A stretch of 34,632 nucleotides of DNA, from IMG/VR virus record IMGVR_UViG_3300020172_002577, positions 1 to 34,632 of that record. One strand, 5' to 3'. The DNA is from a virus. Taxonomy: Duplodnaviria; Caudoviricetes. Under the pieces are notes generated by a model, which did not search any database, was not told the DNA's origin, and saw only the letters and a list, made by a program, of their open reading frames with translations. Below are positions 8,501-17,941 of the stretch, in pieces. Position 1 is the stretch's first letter; the number at the start of each line of letters is the position of its first letter. Both the position numbers and the translations under genes were made by a program.

Positions 8501-11500
8501 CTTTCTTCTGGAGATATTGTAAATTACTCCACTAGTGGATCTGCAATTGTTGGATTATCAACAGTTAATAGTTATTTTGTTGATGTGATTGACAGTAGTA
8601 CTTTTAAACTCATTAATGTTGGAATAGGTGCCACACTTATTGACAATATTGCAAAAAATAAGCACGTAGTTTTAGGGTCTAATGGATCTGGATATCAAAT
8701 TTTTGAGTATCCACCAATTGTAGTCAGTGCTAATGTATCTTACGGATCAAGTTTTACTGGAAGTTTCAATTTTACTCCAGTGGTTACTGGAAGTATTGTT
8801 GGTTCTTATCTATATGAAAGTGGAACAGGTTATGGATCAAATATTTTAAATCTACATAAAAAACCAACAGTTACTGCCAAAACTGGAAAGAATGCTCAAT
8901 TAAATCCAATTATATCTAACGGTAGAGTATTAGAAGTTCAAGTATTGAGTGGTGGATATGATTATTATTCAATTCCAGAGATTTCTGTACTCGGAGACGG
9001 AACTGGTGCGATTATTAAACCCGTAATTTCTAATGGATCTATTGTTGATGCAGTTGTATTAAATTCCGGAATTGGTTACGATCCTAAGAATACGACTATT
9101 CAAGTTGTTCCAAGAGGATCTGGGGCTATTTTTGATGTTAGAGTTAGAGATCTTACGGTAAATGATGCTCAAAGATATTCTGAATATGCAAAAACAAGAA
9201 ATCCAAAGATATTTTCAAGTTTAAGTAATAACAAAGAGAAAAATTCTTTGATTTATGGAATTTATGGATACTCTGAGGATCTGGCTACAAATTATGATGA
9301 TATTGGAAATTCTCACTCACCAATTATTGGATGGGCATATGATGGAAATCCAATCTATGGGCCATATGGATATTCAAAAATAGATGATATTCAATCTGGC
9401 GTCAGAATTATAAATTCCAGTTACACATTAAATTCTTCTTCTATTTTAGATAGACCCTCATCATTTCCAAATGGATTTTTTATTGAAGATTATCAATATA
9501 CTGCAAATGGGGACTTAGATTTTCATAATGGAAGATTTTGTAAAACTCCAGAATTTCCAAATGGAGTATATGCCTATTTTGCTGGGGTAACAACTAGCAC
9601 TACTTCAAATAAATTAGAACCAATTTATCCATATTTTGTAGGAAATACATTTAGATCATACTTAATAGAAGAAAATTCATATTTGGATCAATCTTTTGAT
9701 TTCAATAATTCAAATATTATTAGAAATACTTATCCTTATAAAATTAATGATCAGTATGCTGGATATGACTTCTTGGTTGAACCTTATGAAAAATTTCCAC
9801 AGGTATCTGTAGTAGAATCAATAAATAAAGGTTCAGTTGATGATATTGAAGTTGTTGATGGTGGAAGTGGATATAAAATAGGAGACAGAGTTAACTTTGA
9901 TGAGTCTGGAACTTCTGGATTTGGATTAAGAGCAGAAGTTTCGGAAATTGTTGGTAAAAATATTACCAACGTGGAAACAAGTTTGGAATCATATTACCCT
10001 TGTGTTCTTATTTGGGACAACGATAACGTTGTTTCTGCATACTATGGGTCTGGTTTTAATTTAAGAAATAACGACACTGTTTTAGTTGGTAGTATTTCAA
10101 CATCAATTAACAATATTTTTGGATCTAAAAAAATAGGATTTAGTACAGTAACTGTTGGTCTTGCAAAGACTATGACAAGTTATACTGCACCAGAAGGAAA
10201 AGTTGAGGATATAATTGTTTCTTCAAATCCAAAGGTATCTATTGGTAATAGTATTTTAGTACATTCGAATTTAGGTGATGAGATTGTTAGAGTTCTTAAT
10301 TATTATGATGGTGGAATACTTAGGGTAAAAAGGTATGGAACTAGTGGTGTAGCACATCCATATGGAAGTGAACTCAATATATTAAGTGATAAGATCACAT
10401 TACCAGTAAAGAGTACAAAGTTTGAATCTCAAAAGAATAATTTAGTTTATTTTAATGCAAAAAATTCTGTTGGATTAGGTACAACACCTGGTGGTGCAAT
10501 GTCGAAAACATTCACAATAGGTGGAACTTCACAAACAGTTTCAATCCCTTATAGATCCATATACTTACCAAACCACCCCTTTAAAACTGGGCAAAGGTTA
10601 AATTTTGACAAATCAAACTATCCAGGTGTAGATTCGTTAATTGTTGGCAATAATCCATCAAATTTAAATACCTTCCAAATTCCAGATGCATCTCCATCTG
10701 TTTATGTAATTAACAGAGGTAGAGACTATATTGGATTAGTTACTCAGGTTGGATTAACAACTAATACAGAGGGTTTATTCTTTTATAGTGATGGATCTGA
10801 TAATTCAGAGTACTCATTAGAGACAACTTTTGATCAAGTTACTGCTCAGATTGATAGAGTTGTTACAACAGTAAGTGTTGGACAATCTCACGGACTATCA
10901 GAATTTGATACAATTAAGTTAAATGTTGTTCCTAATACGATTGTTGGACTCGGAACAACAGCAGCTTTATCTATTAAGTTTAGTGAAACTGGCAAAAAAT
11001 TGATTATTAATTCTATTGGTATTAATTCTTCTCAGATTAATACTGTTAATAATACAATAACTATTTCCGATCACGGTTATAAAACTGGTGATAAACTATT
11101 TTATGAAAGTGCAGAGGTTGCAACAGGTTTAACAACAGGATCATACTATGTCATTAAAACAGGCACAAATACATTTAAATTAGCAGATACTTTATATGAA
11201 ACTAAACCAGGATTTGAAAATCCTGTAAACATCGTTGGAACTGGTGCATCAATTCATAACTTTGGATTGGTTAATCCACAAATTAATGTTGTTAAAAATT
11301 CAACTTTAAAATTTAATATTTCAGATTCTTCTTTGAGAGGATATAATTTCAAAATTTATTCTGATAAGAACTTTAAGAGTGAATTTATATCTTCCGTTGA
11401 CAATAACGATTTTAATGTTGCTGGAGTTGGAACTATTGGATTTGGAACAGCATCATTATCGATCAAATACACACAAAATGTACCATCAAAATTATTTTAT

Positions 11501-14500
11501 GCATTAGAAAAGTCAGGATATATTAGCACTGCTGATAATTACTTTGATAATCATTCTGAAATTAATTATATTAACAGCGAATATAATGGAACTTATAGTG
11601 TTTTTGGAATATCGACTAGTAGCTTTAAAATTTCTCCAACAAAAGTTCCAACAATATTAAAATATGCAAAAGATCAAGTTGAAAAAATAGAATATGCTAC
11701 TAGATCATCAACTGCTATTAATGGATCAATTGGTAAAGTTAAAATTATTTCAGAAGGTTTTGGATTTAAAAAGATTCCAAAATTTGTTGACGTGACTAGT
11801 ACTGATGGTACAGATGCAAACTTGGTAGCAATATCAACAAATATTGGAAAAATTAAGGAAGTTAGATTTAAAACAATTGGATACGAATATCCATCAGATA
11901 AAACATTAAATCCACAAGCTTTTATTTCGCCAATTGTAAATCTTGATAACTCAGATACTATTGGTGAAATAGAAATTGTTTCTGGTGGAACTAGATATTT
12001 AAATGCACCAGATTTATTACTTTTTAATGAAACTACCAAAACTGTTGTTGATAGTTCTTCTCTGGTTGCAGTTACTCCAAGTGGATCAATTGCAGAAGTA
12101 AACCAAATAGCACCAATATATGGTTTAAAAACTGATCCACATAAAATAATTGCAATTAATAATTCAAATGGTGTTGGCATAAGCTCAATAATTACAGACA
12201 ATTCTGGAATTGCTACTTGCACTATATCAACACCAATATTAGGATTCTCCTCACCATTATTTAAGACTGGTGATGAAATTTTTATAGAGGGTATTGAGTT
12301 AATTGATAACTCTACTGGAACTGGATATAACTCTGAAAATTATGATTATAGATTTTTTAAAGTAGATTCTTATGTAAATGCAAATCCAGCATCAATTACT
12401 TTCTCTGTTGTTGATGAATTTGGTGTTGGACTATCCACAAATCCAGGAATAGCTAAAACTTTCCAATCTGGATATGCTACTATTATAAACAAAATACATT
12501 ATCCAGTTATTAATGTAATCAAGAAAAGAGCTAGATTTTTATTAAATGAAAAACTTTTTGTCGATACTGGATCTGGATTTTTTGAAGAAGATCTTTATGT
12601 AAAAGTAATAAGAGATGAGTTTATTAAAGTATCCGGAAGATATAATTTACGACCTGGATATAAAATCAAAGGCAAGTCTAGTGGAGTACTAGCAGATGTA
12701 ACATCAATAACTACCAATAAATCTAGATTTAAAATTGGATATTCCACAAGACAAAATATTGGATGGTCCGATGATATTGGTAAAATTAGTGAAGATTATC
12801 AGGTAACGCCAGATAATGATTACTATCAGAATTTATCATATACCATTAAGAGTCCAATAACTTGGAATGAATTTTCTGCACCTGTTAATAGTATTGTCCA
12901 TCCAGCTGGACTTAAAAATTTTGCAGATGTTGGAATATTATCTTCAACAGGACCAATAGGATTTGCAGGAACAACTACTAGTTTAGTAGTTCTTGACATT
13001 GTTGGCGAAAAAAGAGTTGATATCATTAATAATTTTGACAACGTTGTTGATTATGATACCAGAACTAACCCTGATAGATCAAAATATTTAAAAATACAAA
13101 ATAGAAAATTAACAGATTACACTGAATGTAGAACTAATAGAGTAATTATTCATGATGATATTAGCAATAGATTTTCAAGTAGAGGATTTGAAGATCCTTT
13201 TGTAGAAATTGAAGAGATTGATATTGCAGATACTCACGTTAGATATGTTATTCAGGTTGTAGATCCTGATACTTTTGAAACACAAATATCAGAATTAGTT
13301 TTACAAACAACAACCTTAGATTCTATACTATTTGAGAAATACACTGAATATACCAAAGAACTTCTTGGATATTTTAGTGCTAATGTAGATAGTAGTGGTA
13401 GAAAAACTTTAATATTTACTCCAACTAATAGATTTACTAGGGATCATGATATCAAGGTATTAAAGAAGACTTTTGGATTTGAATCAACCGGAATTGGAAC
13501 TCAAAATTTTGGATCTATTAATTTAATAGGAAGTAGTGTTATTGGAATTTCTAGTGTTGGGACAGCAAATAATGTAAGAACTATTGCACAATTTAGCAAT
13601 ACTAATTTTAATGGGTTATTTGCGAACATTGAAGTTATTAATACTCTTACAAGAGAAGTGAATTATATTGATGCCGCGTTGGATTTTGATGGATCAAACA
13701 CATATATTAGTGAATATTATTTTGATACCACACTTCAAGGATATAGTGCATCATCTATTGGAATAGTAACGGCAACATATGATTCTGTATCTGGAATAGT
13801 TTCTTTTAGAGTGAGAAATGATGAAGATTACACTATTGATGTTAGAGCAAATATTATTGGATTTGCTAATACAAGTTCAGGAATTGGTACATATAGATTT
13901 TTAGTTCCTGGACAACCATCTGGTGCAGAAAGAAGTGCCAGACTAGAATCTACTATCGGAGTTGGAACAAATTCTATTAGAGTTGGAACTTTTGAATCTG
14001 ATTTAATCTCTTCATCTACATCAATTATAAGAGTCTCTTGTGGAAGTAGCTCAGCAATACATCAGGTTTCTATTGTAAAGGGATCTGAAGATATTATTGT
14101 TATGCCAGGACCATTTGCTGCAACAAATAATGTAACAGGACTTGGAACTTTTGGTGCCACAACTAATGGAAGTAAATTCTATCTTAATTTCTATCCAGAT
14201 ATTTCAAATAATAATACATCAATTCAAGGATTTAATGAAGTATTTTACACTTATAGTGATTTTGAAAATGTTCCTAGAGCTTTGAATTATGGAAATAGTA
14301 CTCAAACAGTTTTCCTTTCAGCATATGATGGTATAAATGGAACACGTGCAAATAAAGTTAATTTTAATTTAACACATCTTGGCAGACCCATTTATAAAAA
14401 AGTTTTCAATCCTTCTGATTCTACTAATGTTGATTTTGCAACTGGCATATTCACCATTATAGATCACATGTTTAACACTGGTGAAGAATTGACTTATGCG

Positions 14501-17500
14501 CCAAAATCATCATTTATCGGTGTTGGTCAAAGTGCTATGGGTATTGGATCAACTGCAAATTACTTAGGAATTGTTACTAACAGACTTCCAGAAAAAGTAT
14601 ATCCAATTGCTTTAACACCAGATACTTTTAAATTAGCATCTCAGAGATCTTATGCAAGTTTAGGAATTGGAATTACTTTTACTGATGCTGGACTTGGAAA
14701 TGCTCATGAATTTGAAATGACAAAGAAACTTACAAAGAGTGTGGTTTCTTTAGATGGAATTGTGCAGCAACCAATTACATTTACACCAGTATCACACAAA
14801 CTTCAATATAATAGTGGATCAATTTCTGTTGGTATTGCGACTTTCAATCTTAGTGGAATATCATCAATTCAACCAAGAGATTTGATAAAAATTGATAATG
14901 AATATATGAAAGTAATTGAAGTTGGATTCAGTACTAATGTTGGTGGTGCTCTTCTTGGACCAATTAATGGAATTATCCAATCTGGAGCAGCAGCAACTAT
15001 ACCAACAATATCAGTTGTACGAGCATCAGTTGGTAGTACATCAACAATTCATAGTGATGGTGCCAATGTTCAGGTTTATAGAGGATCATTCAATATCGTT
15101 GGATCTGAAATTTGGTTTGTTGATCCACCAAAAGGAAATACTAGATCAAGAAGAGATGAAAGTAATTTACCTTATGTAAGAGCTCAGTATGCTGGTAGAA
15201 CTTTCCTAAGATCCAACTACGATACAAATATATTATTTGACGATATTTCTGATCAGTTTACTGGTATAGGTAAAACTTACACAATGACTGTTGAAGGTAT
15301 CAATACAACCGGTGTTACTATTGGCAATGGTATATTGTTTATTAACGGAGTTTTCCAGACACCAACAACCATTAACAATTCTGGAAATAATTATGAATTT
15401 GAAAATGATAATGTTGCTGGAATTTCTAGTGTTGTATTTACTGGTATTACATCAACAGATGGAACTTACATTAAATCGGATTTTGATATAAATCAAAATC
15501 AATTACCAAGAGGTGGGTTAATTGTATCACTTGGATCAACACCTGGTCTTGGATATGCACCACTTTTGGGTGCAAAAGTTAGAGCAAATCTTAATGGATC
15601 TGGATCTATTGTAAGTATTACTGGAATTTCTCATACAGGTCCTGGACAATCAATTAGTACAGCATCTTACAATAATCAAACTGGTATTGTTGAAATTACC
15701 ACATCTACTGATCATAATTTTGTTGGTGGAGATAGAATTAAATTGGTTGGATTAGGATTTACTTGTCCATCTGGTGCAGGAATAGTTTCTTATTTCCCAT
15801 CAACTGGGTTGAATTATTCTTATGATATTACAGGAATTGTATCGGCAAGAACTTTCTCAGCAAATGTTGGTACTAGCACTTTACCACATTCCTATATTGG
15901 ATTTGGAACAGTATTTCCTTGGTATGATTTAACTGAAGGTTCTGGATATAGAGATCCAGTTTCTATTGGTGTGACAGATCCAAATCATACGGGTACAGAA
16001 GCAAGTATTACTGCTGTTGTTGGTGCAGGTGGAACCCTAGGATTTACAATTATTAATGGAGGATCTGGATATGTTGAACCATACATCAGAATACCCGAAC
16101 CAATTTATGAAAATCTTAAAGTAATTGGTGTTTCAAGAGCTGGAATAGGTTCAACTACAGCAACAGGATCCAATCTTCTCTTAAATGTGAACATTGGTCC
16201 ATCACCTTCAACTGTTGGTATTGGATCAACATTGTTCTTGGTAGATTCTTTCCAAATAGCAAGATCTGGTTATGCTTTCCAAGTTGGAGATGTTTTTAAA
16301 CCAGTTGGTCTTGTAACTGCAAAAGGTCTTTCTGAACCAATTTCAGAATTTAAGTTGGAAGTTGTGGAGACATTCCAAGACTACTTCTCATCTTGGTCAT
16401 TTGGTGAAATGAATTATATTGATAGCACAGCATCATTACAAAATGGAAATAGAACTAGATTCCCACTTATTTACAATGGACAATTACTTAGTTTTGAGAT
16501 AGATCAAAATAATCCACTTTCCAGCTCTATCAATTTAGATGCAGTCTTATTAATTTTTGTCAACGGTGTAATACAACAACCAGGATATGCATATAGATTC
16601 TTAGGAGGAACTTCTTTTGAATTTACAGAACCACCAAAATCATCAGACAAAGTTGATATTTTCTTCTATCTCGGTCAAAATGGAATTGATATAACAATTA
16701 TTGATATCAATGAAACTATTAAAATTGGAGATGATGTATTTGTGCAGAAACATCCATTCTACCCAGATATTCCCATCCAAGATAGAGATAGAACAATTTT
16801 GGATATTATTGGATCGGACACAGTTGAAACTGATAATTATGTTGGATTTGGTGTCAATGAAAATAATTATAGGCCAATAGAGTGGATAAAGCAAAAACGC
16901 GATAAGTATATCAAAGGAGATATTGTTTATAAATCAAGAGACTCTATTGAACCATTCATATATCCAACTGCAAAGATTATCGGGGATATTAACAGTTCAA
17001 ATTCAAGTATATTTGTCGATAATGCATTATTCTTCAATTTTGAAGAAAATAATTATGGAATAACTATAAATTCTGTTGATGGATTAATTGTTCAAGGTTC
17101 GGATCCTGTGTCTGCCGCATTTACTGCGTCAGTTTCGGTTGCAGGAACTATTTCCAATATTACAATTACCAATCCTGGATTTGGATATTCATCTTCTTCA
17201 ATTCCAGTTAAAATTTCAGCTCCACCAACCATTGGTATAGGTATTGGAACAACAGCAACAGCATTGGCAACTATATCTGGCGGTAGTGTGACATCCGTTA
17301 CAATTACCAATCCTGGATTAGGATATACAATTCAACCACAAGTAATATCTGAGATTCCTAGCGCAACAACTGAACTTATCACTACCATAGAAAATTTCCA
17401 AGGATTTTCGGGAATTATTACTGGAATTAGCACTACAACTGGAACTGGTGGACATCCATTGGCATTGAAAATTAATTTCCGTGCCAATGCATCGGATGCG

Positions 17501-17911
17501 AATGACTTACAACCAGGATATCCTCTACTTGTTTATAATACAACAATTGGAACTGGTGTTACTTCTGTAAATAGTGGAAATTCTTCAGTTGTCGGAATAG
17601 GCACTAATTTCTTAGACAATGTTTACATTGTAAATTCTAAGACAAATACTGGACCAAATGCTGAAATAATTTGTAATGTTCATACTAATAGTGCTATTTT
17701 GGGAATTTCAACAACCGGATCTTTAACAATGCCATTAGGAAATATTTCCTGGGGCAGATTATATAATTTTGGATCAAGAAGAAATCCAATTTCTATTGGA
17801 GTTACTGGTCTGATTGTTGATTCGGGACTATCATCCTTCCCAACAATCCAAAGAAGAACATTTGGATTGAGAAATAGTGGTGGAATTAGAAAATTTTCTA
17901 ATCTCCCATAA
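5576..17911 (+). CDS. gp7: Giant baseplate wedge initiator gp7-like protein (4111 aa)
   Basis: Lies between gp6 and gp8. N-terminal QLPEF...FFKQYY and FIKHARDFYQSKGTEEAVKILFKVLYG; DNDYYQNLSYTIKS...VHPAGLKNF motif; many Gly-rich beta repeats. Confidence 0.85.
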   Translation: MSNFEKRVQINKIIDSQLPEFLVSDFPKATEFFKQYYISEEFQGGNVDLADNLDQYLKLDNLVPEVIVGQTTLTDNVSASAGIVTVTSTKGFPSEYGLLKIDDEIITYTGITTNTFTGCIRGFSGVTGYNYLSSFDIDENSNKQSLVFEDTVSESHISGSVVKNLSVLFLQEFYKKLKYTFTPGLENLDFVSDLDVGNFIKHARDFYQSKGTEEAVKILFKVLYGVDAQVIDLEGRLIKPSSANYVRREVVTAKNISGDPLNLEGQTIFKSTDPNTNAAVSNVEIFTRDLETFYKLELFVGYDERDLIEGIFTVPGKTRILEDVSIGSPVISVDSTIGFPESGTLNLISDGNSIKYTSKSVNQFFGCTGINSSIPLGSEIRSDETIYGYENGDTGKRVDLRITGVISDFVEIDDSSLLDEGEEISVRNLGEIIENPANNEKNYKEVFANSWIYNTSTRYQVKSISGSTFTVYSNIDKSSLSVGDTIDILFGYSNNIAFSNATITDINTSLNQIILSGISGFTPDPLLEYDIRRKLKKSRSLNVDIVNGNDTYIANVLNVYTNNSDGYVASNSLPSYTINDELIESSLPSGTSTYLGNYNSTLQAYSSIKFPSSVKFIDGDQVVYTSSNPLKGLSSGSKYYVRLIASNEIRLYESKSLLTSSEYVFFEENLNPATHRFTLSKQESRSISANKIMRKFPLNQVRTNPKEDVRRSIDTLSGGIGILVDGVEITNPESIDKIYYGPLKQFDVLNGGNNYDAINPPRIIISTGAGTTALVDPIISGTVKDIFVDPQDFDIEDVLSLSLTGGNGSGCALEPVIGERFREVQFDSRSLNVGGGIDLNDETITFLTPHNFYDGEPIIYNQNGNSAILTGAFQDITNTPTGALVSGDQYIAKFVNTRTIKLFNTSNDYFAGINTVGFSTSTTFGGIHKFRTLPKRTLRSVKVLNGGSGYTYRKLRVSSSGISTEYNFISYQNHGLSSGDIVNYSTSGSAIVGLSTVNSYFVDVIDSSTFKLINVGIGATLIDNIAKNKHVVLGSNGSGYQIFEYPPIVVSANVSYGSSFTGSFNFTPVVTGSIVGSYLYESGTGYGSNILNLHKKPTVTAKTGKNAQLNPIISNGRVLEVQVLSGGYDYYSIPEISVLGDGTGAIIKPVISNGSIVDAVVLNSGIGYDPKNTTIQVVPRGSGAIFDVRVRDLTVNDAQRYSEYAKTRNPKIFSSLSNNKEKNSLIYGIYGYSEDLATNYDDIGNSHSPIIGWAYDGNPIYGPYGYSKIDDIQSGVRIINSSYTLNSSSILDRPSSFPNGFFIEDYQYTANGDLDFHNGRFCKTPEFPNGVYAYFAGVTTSTTSNKLEPIYPYFVGNTFRSYLIEENSYLDQSFDFNNSNIIRNTYPYKINDQYAGYDFLVEPYEKFPQVSVVESINKGSVDDIEVVDGGSGYKIGDRVNFDESGTSGFGLRAEVSEIVGKNITNVETSLESYYPCVLIWDNDNVVSAYYGSGFNLRNNDTVLVGSISTSINNIFGSKKIGFSTVTVGLAKTMTSYTAPEGKVEDIIVSSNPKVSIGNSILVHSNLGDEIVRVLNYYDGGILRVKRYGTSGVAHPYGSELNILSDKITLPVKSTKFESQKNNLVYFNAKNSVGLGTTPGGAMSKTFTIGGTSQTVSIPYRSIYLPNHPFKTGQRLNFDKSNYPGVDSLIVGNNPSNLNTFQIPDASPSVYVINRGRDYIGLVTQVGLTTNTEGLFFYSDGSDNSEYSLETTFDQVTAQIDRVVTTVSVGQSHGLSEFDTIKLNVVPNTIVGLGTTAALSIKFSETGKKLIINSIGINSSQINTVNNTITISDHGYKTGDKLFYESAEVATGLTTGSYYVIKTGTNTFKLADTLYETKPGFENPVNIVGTGASIHNFGLVNPQINVVKNSTLKFNISDSSLRGYNFKIYSDKNFKSEFISSVDNNDFNVAGVGTIGFGTASLSIKYTQNVPSKLFYALEKSGYISTADNYFDNHSEINYINSEYNGTYSVFGISTSSFKISPTKVPTILKYAKDQVEKIEYATRSSTAINGSIGKVKIISEGFGFKKIPKFVDVTSTDGTDANLVAISTNIGKIKEVRFKTIGYEYPSDKTLNPQAFISPIVNLDNSDTIGEIEIVSGGTRYLNAPDLLLFNETTKTVVDSSSLVAVTPSGSIAEVNQIAPIYGLKTDPHKIIAINNSNGVGISSIITDNSGIATCTISTPILGFSSPLFKTGDEIFIEGIELIDNSTGTGYNSENYDYRFFKVDSYVNANPASITFSVVDEFGVGLSTNPGIAKTFQSGYATIINKIHYPVINVIKKRARFLLNEKLFVDTGSGFFEEDLYVKVIRDEFIKVSGRYNLRPGYKIKGKSSGVLADVTSITTNKSRFKIGYSTRQNIGWSDDIGKISEDYQVTPDNDYYQNLSYTIKSPITWNEFSAPVNSIVHPAGLKNFADVGILSSTGPIGFAGTTTSLVVLDIVGEKRVDIINNFDNVVDYDTRTNPDRSKYLKIQNRKLTDYTECRTNRVIIHDDISNRFSSRGFEDPFVEIEEIDIADTHVRYVIQVVDPDTFETQISELVLQTTTLDSILFEKYTEYTKELLGYFSANVDSSGRKTLIFTPTNRFTRDHDIKVLKKTFGFESTGIGTQNFGSINLIGSSVIGISSVGTANNVRTIAQFSNTNFNGLFANIEVINTLTREVNYIDAALDFDGSNTYISEYYFDTTLQGYSASSIGIVTATYDSVSGIVSFRVRNDEDYTIDVRANIIGFANTSSGIGTYRFLVPGQPSGAERSARLESTIGVGTNSIRVGTFESDLISSSTSIIRVSCGSSSAIHQVSIVKGSEDIIVMPGPFAATNNVTGLGTFGATTNGSKFYLNFYPDISNNNTSIQGFNEVFYTYSDFENVPRALNYGNSTQTVFLSAYDGINGTRANKVNFNLTHLGRPIYKKVFNPSDSTNVDFATGIFTIIDHMFNTGEELTYAPKSSFIGVGQSAMGIGSTANYLGIVTNRLPEKVYPIALTPDTFKLASQRSYASLGIGITFTDAGLGNAHEFEMTKKLTKSVVSLDGIVQQPITFTPVSHKLQYNSGSISVGIATFNLSGISSIQPRDLIKIDNEYMKVIEVGFSTNVGGALLGPINGIIQSGAAATIPTISVVRASVGSTSTIHSDGANVQVYRGSFNIVGSEIWFVDPPKGNTRSRRDESNLPYVRAQYAGRTFLRSNYDTNILFDDISDQFTGIGKTYTMTVEGINTTGVTIGNGILFINGVFQTPTTINNSGNNYEFENDNVAGISSVVFTGITSTDGTYIKSDFDINQNQLPRGGLIVSLGSTPGLGYAPLLGAKVRANLNGSGSIVSITGISHTGPGQSISTASYNNQTGIVEITTSTDHNFVGGDRIKLVGLGFTCPSGAGIVSYFPSTGLNYSYDITGIVSARTFSANVGTSTLPHSYIGFGTVFPWYDLTEGSGYRDPVSIGVTDPNHTGTEASITAVVGAGGTLGFTIINGGSGYVEPYIRIPEPIYENLKVIGVSRAGIGSTTATGSNLLLNVNIGPSPSTVGIGSTLFLVDSFQIARSGYAFQVGDVFKPVGLVTAKGLSEPISEFKLEVVETFQDYFSSWSFGEMNYIDSTASLQNGNRTRFPLIYNGQLLSFEIDQNNPLSSSINLDAVLLIFVNGVIQQPGYAYRFLGGTSFEFTEPPKSSDKVDIFFYLGQNGIDITIIDINETIKIGDDVFVQKHPFYPDIPIQDRDRTILDIIGSDTVETDNYVGFGVNENNYRPIEWIKQKRDKYIKGDIVYKSRDSIEPFIYPTAKIIGDINSSNSSIFVDNALFFNFEENNYGITINSVDGLIVQGSDPVSAAFTASVSVAGTISNITITNPGFGYSSSSIPVKISAPPTIGIGIGTTATALATISGGSVTSVTITNPGLGYTIQPQVISEIPSATTELITTIENFQGFSGIITGISTTTGTGGHPLALKINFRANASDANDLQPGYPLLVYNTTIGTGVTSVNSGNSSVVGIGTNFLDNVYIVNSKTNTGPNAEIICNVHTNSAILGISTTGSLTMPLGNISWGRLYNFGSRRNPISIGVTGLIVDSGLSSFPTIQRRTFGLRNSGGIRKFSNLP
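17160..17326 (+). repeat. Two 29-nt direct repeats (1 mismatch) encoding TITNPG(F/L)GY within gp7
   Basis: TTACAATTACCAATCCTGGATT(T/A)GGATAT at 17160-17188 and 17298-17326. Confidence 0.8.
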
Positions 17912-17916
17912 TGGGA

Positions 17917-17924
17917 TATAAATA
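17917..17924 (+). promoter_or_regulatory. T4-like late promoter (TATAAATA) for gp8
   Basis: Perfect T4 late consensus in the gp7-gp8 intergenic gap. Confidence 0.8.
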
Positions 17925-17941
17925 CATAAAAAAGTTTAAAG

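Noticed and set aside
17160-17326. 29-nt direct repeat as a CRISPR or DGR template/variable pair
   Set aside because: Only two in-frame copies encoding a protein repeat; no array, cas gene or reverse transcriptase in the window.
5576-17911. Intein, intron or stop-codon recoding as the explanation for the 4111-aa ORF
   Set aside because: I recognised no intein or homing-endonuclease motifs, the frame is continuous in the standard code, and the length is explained by repeated structural modules.
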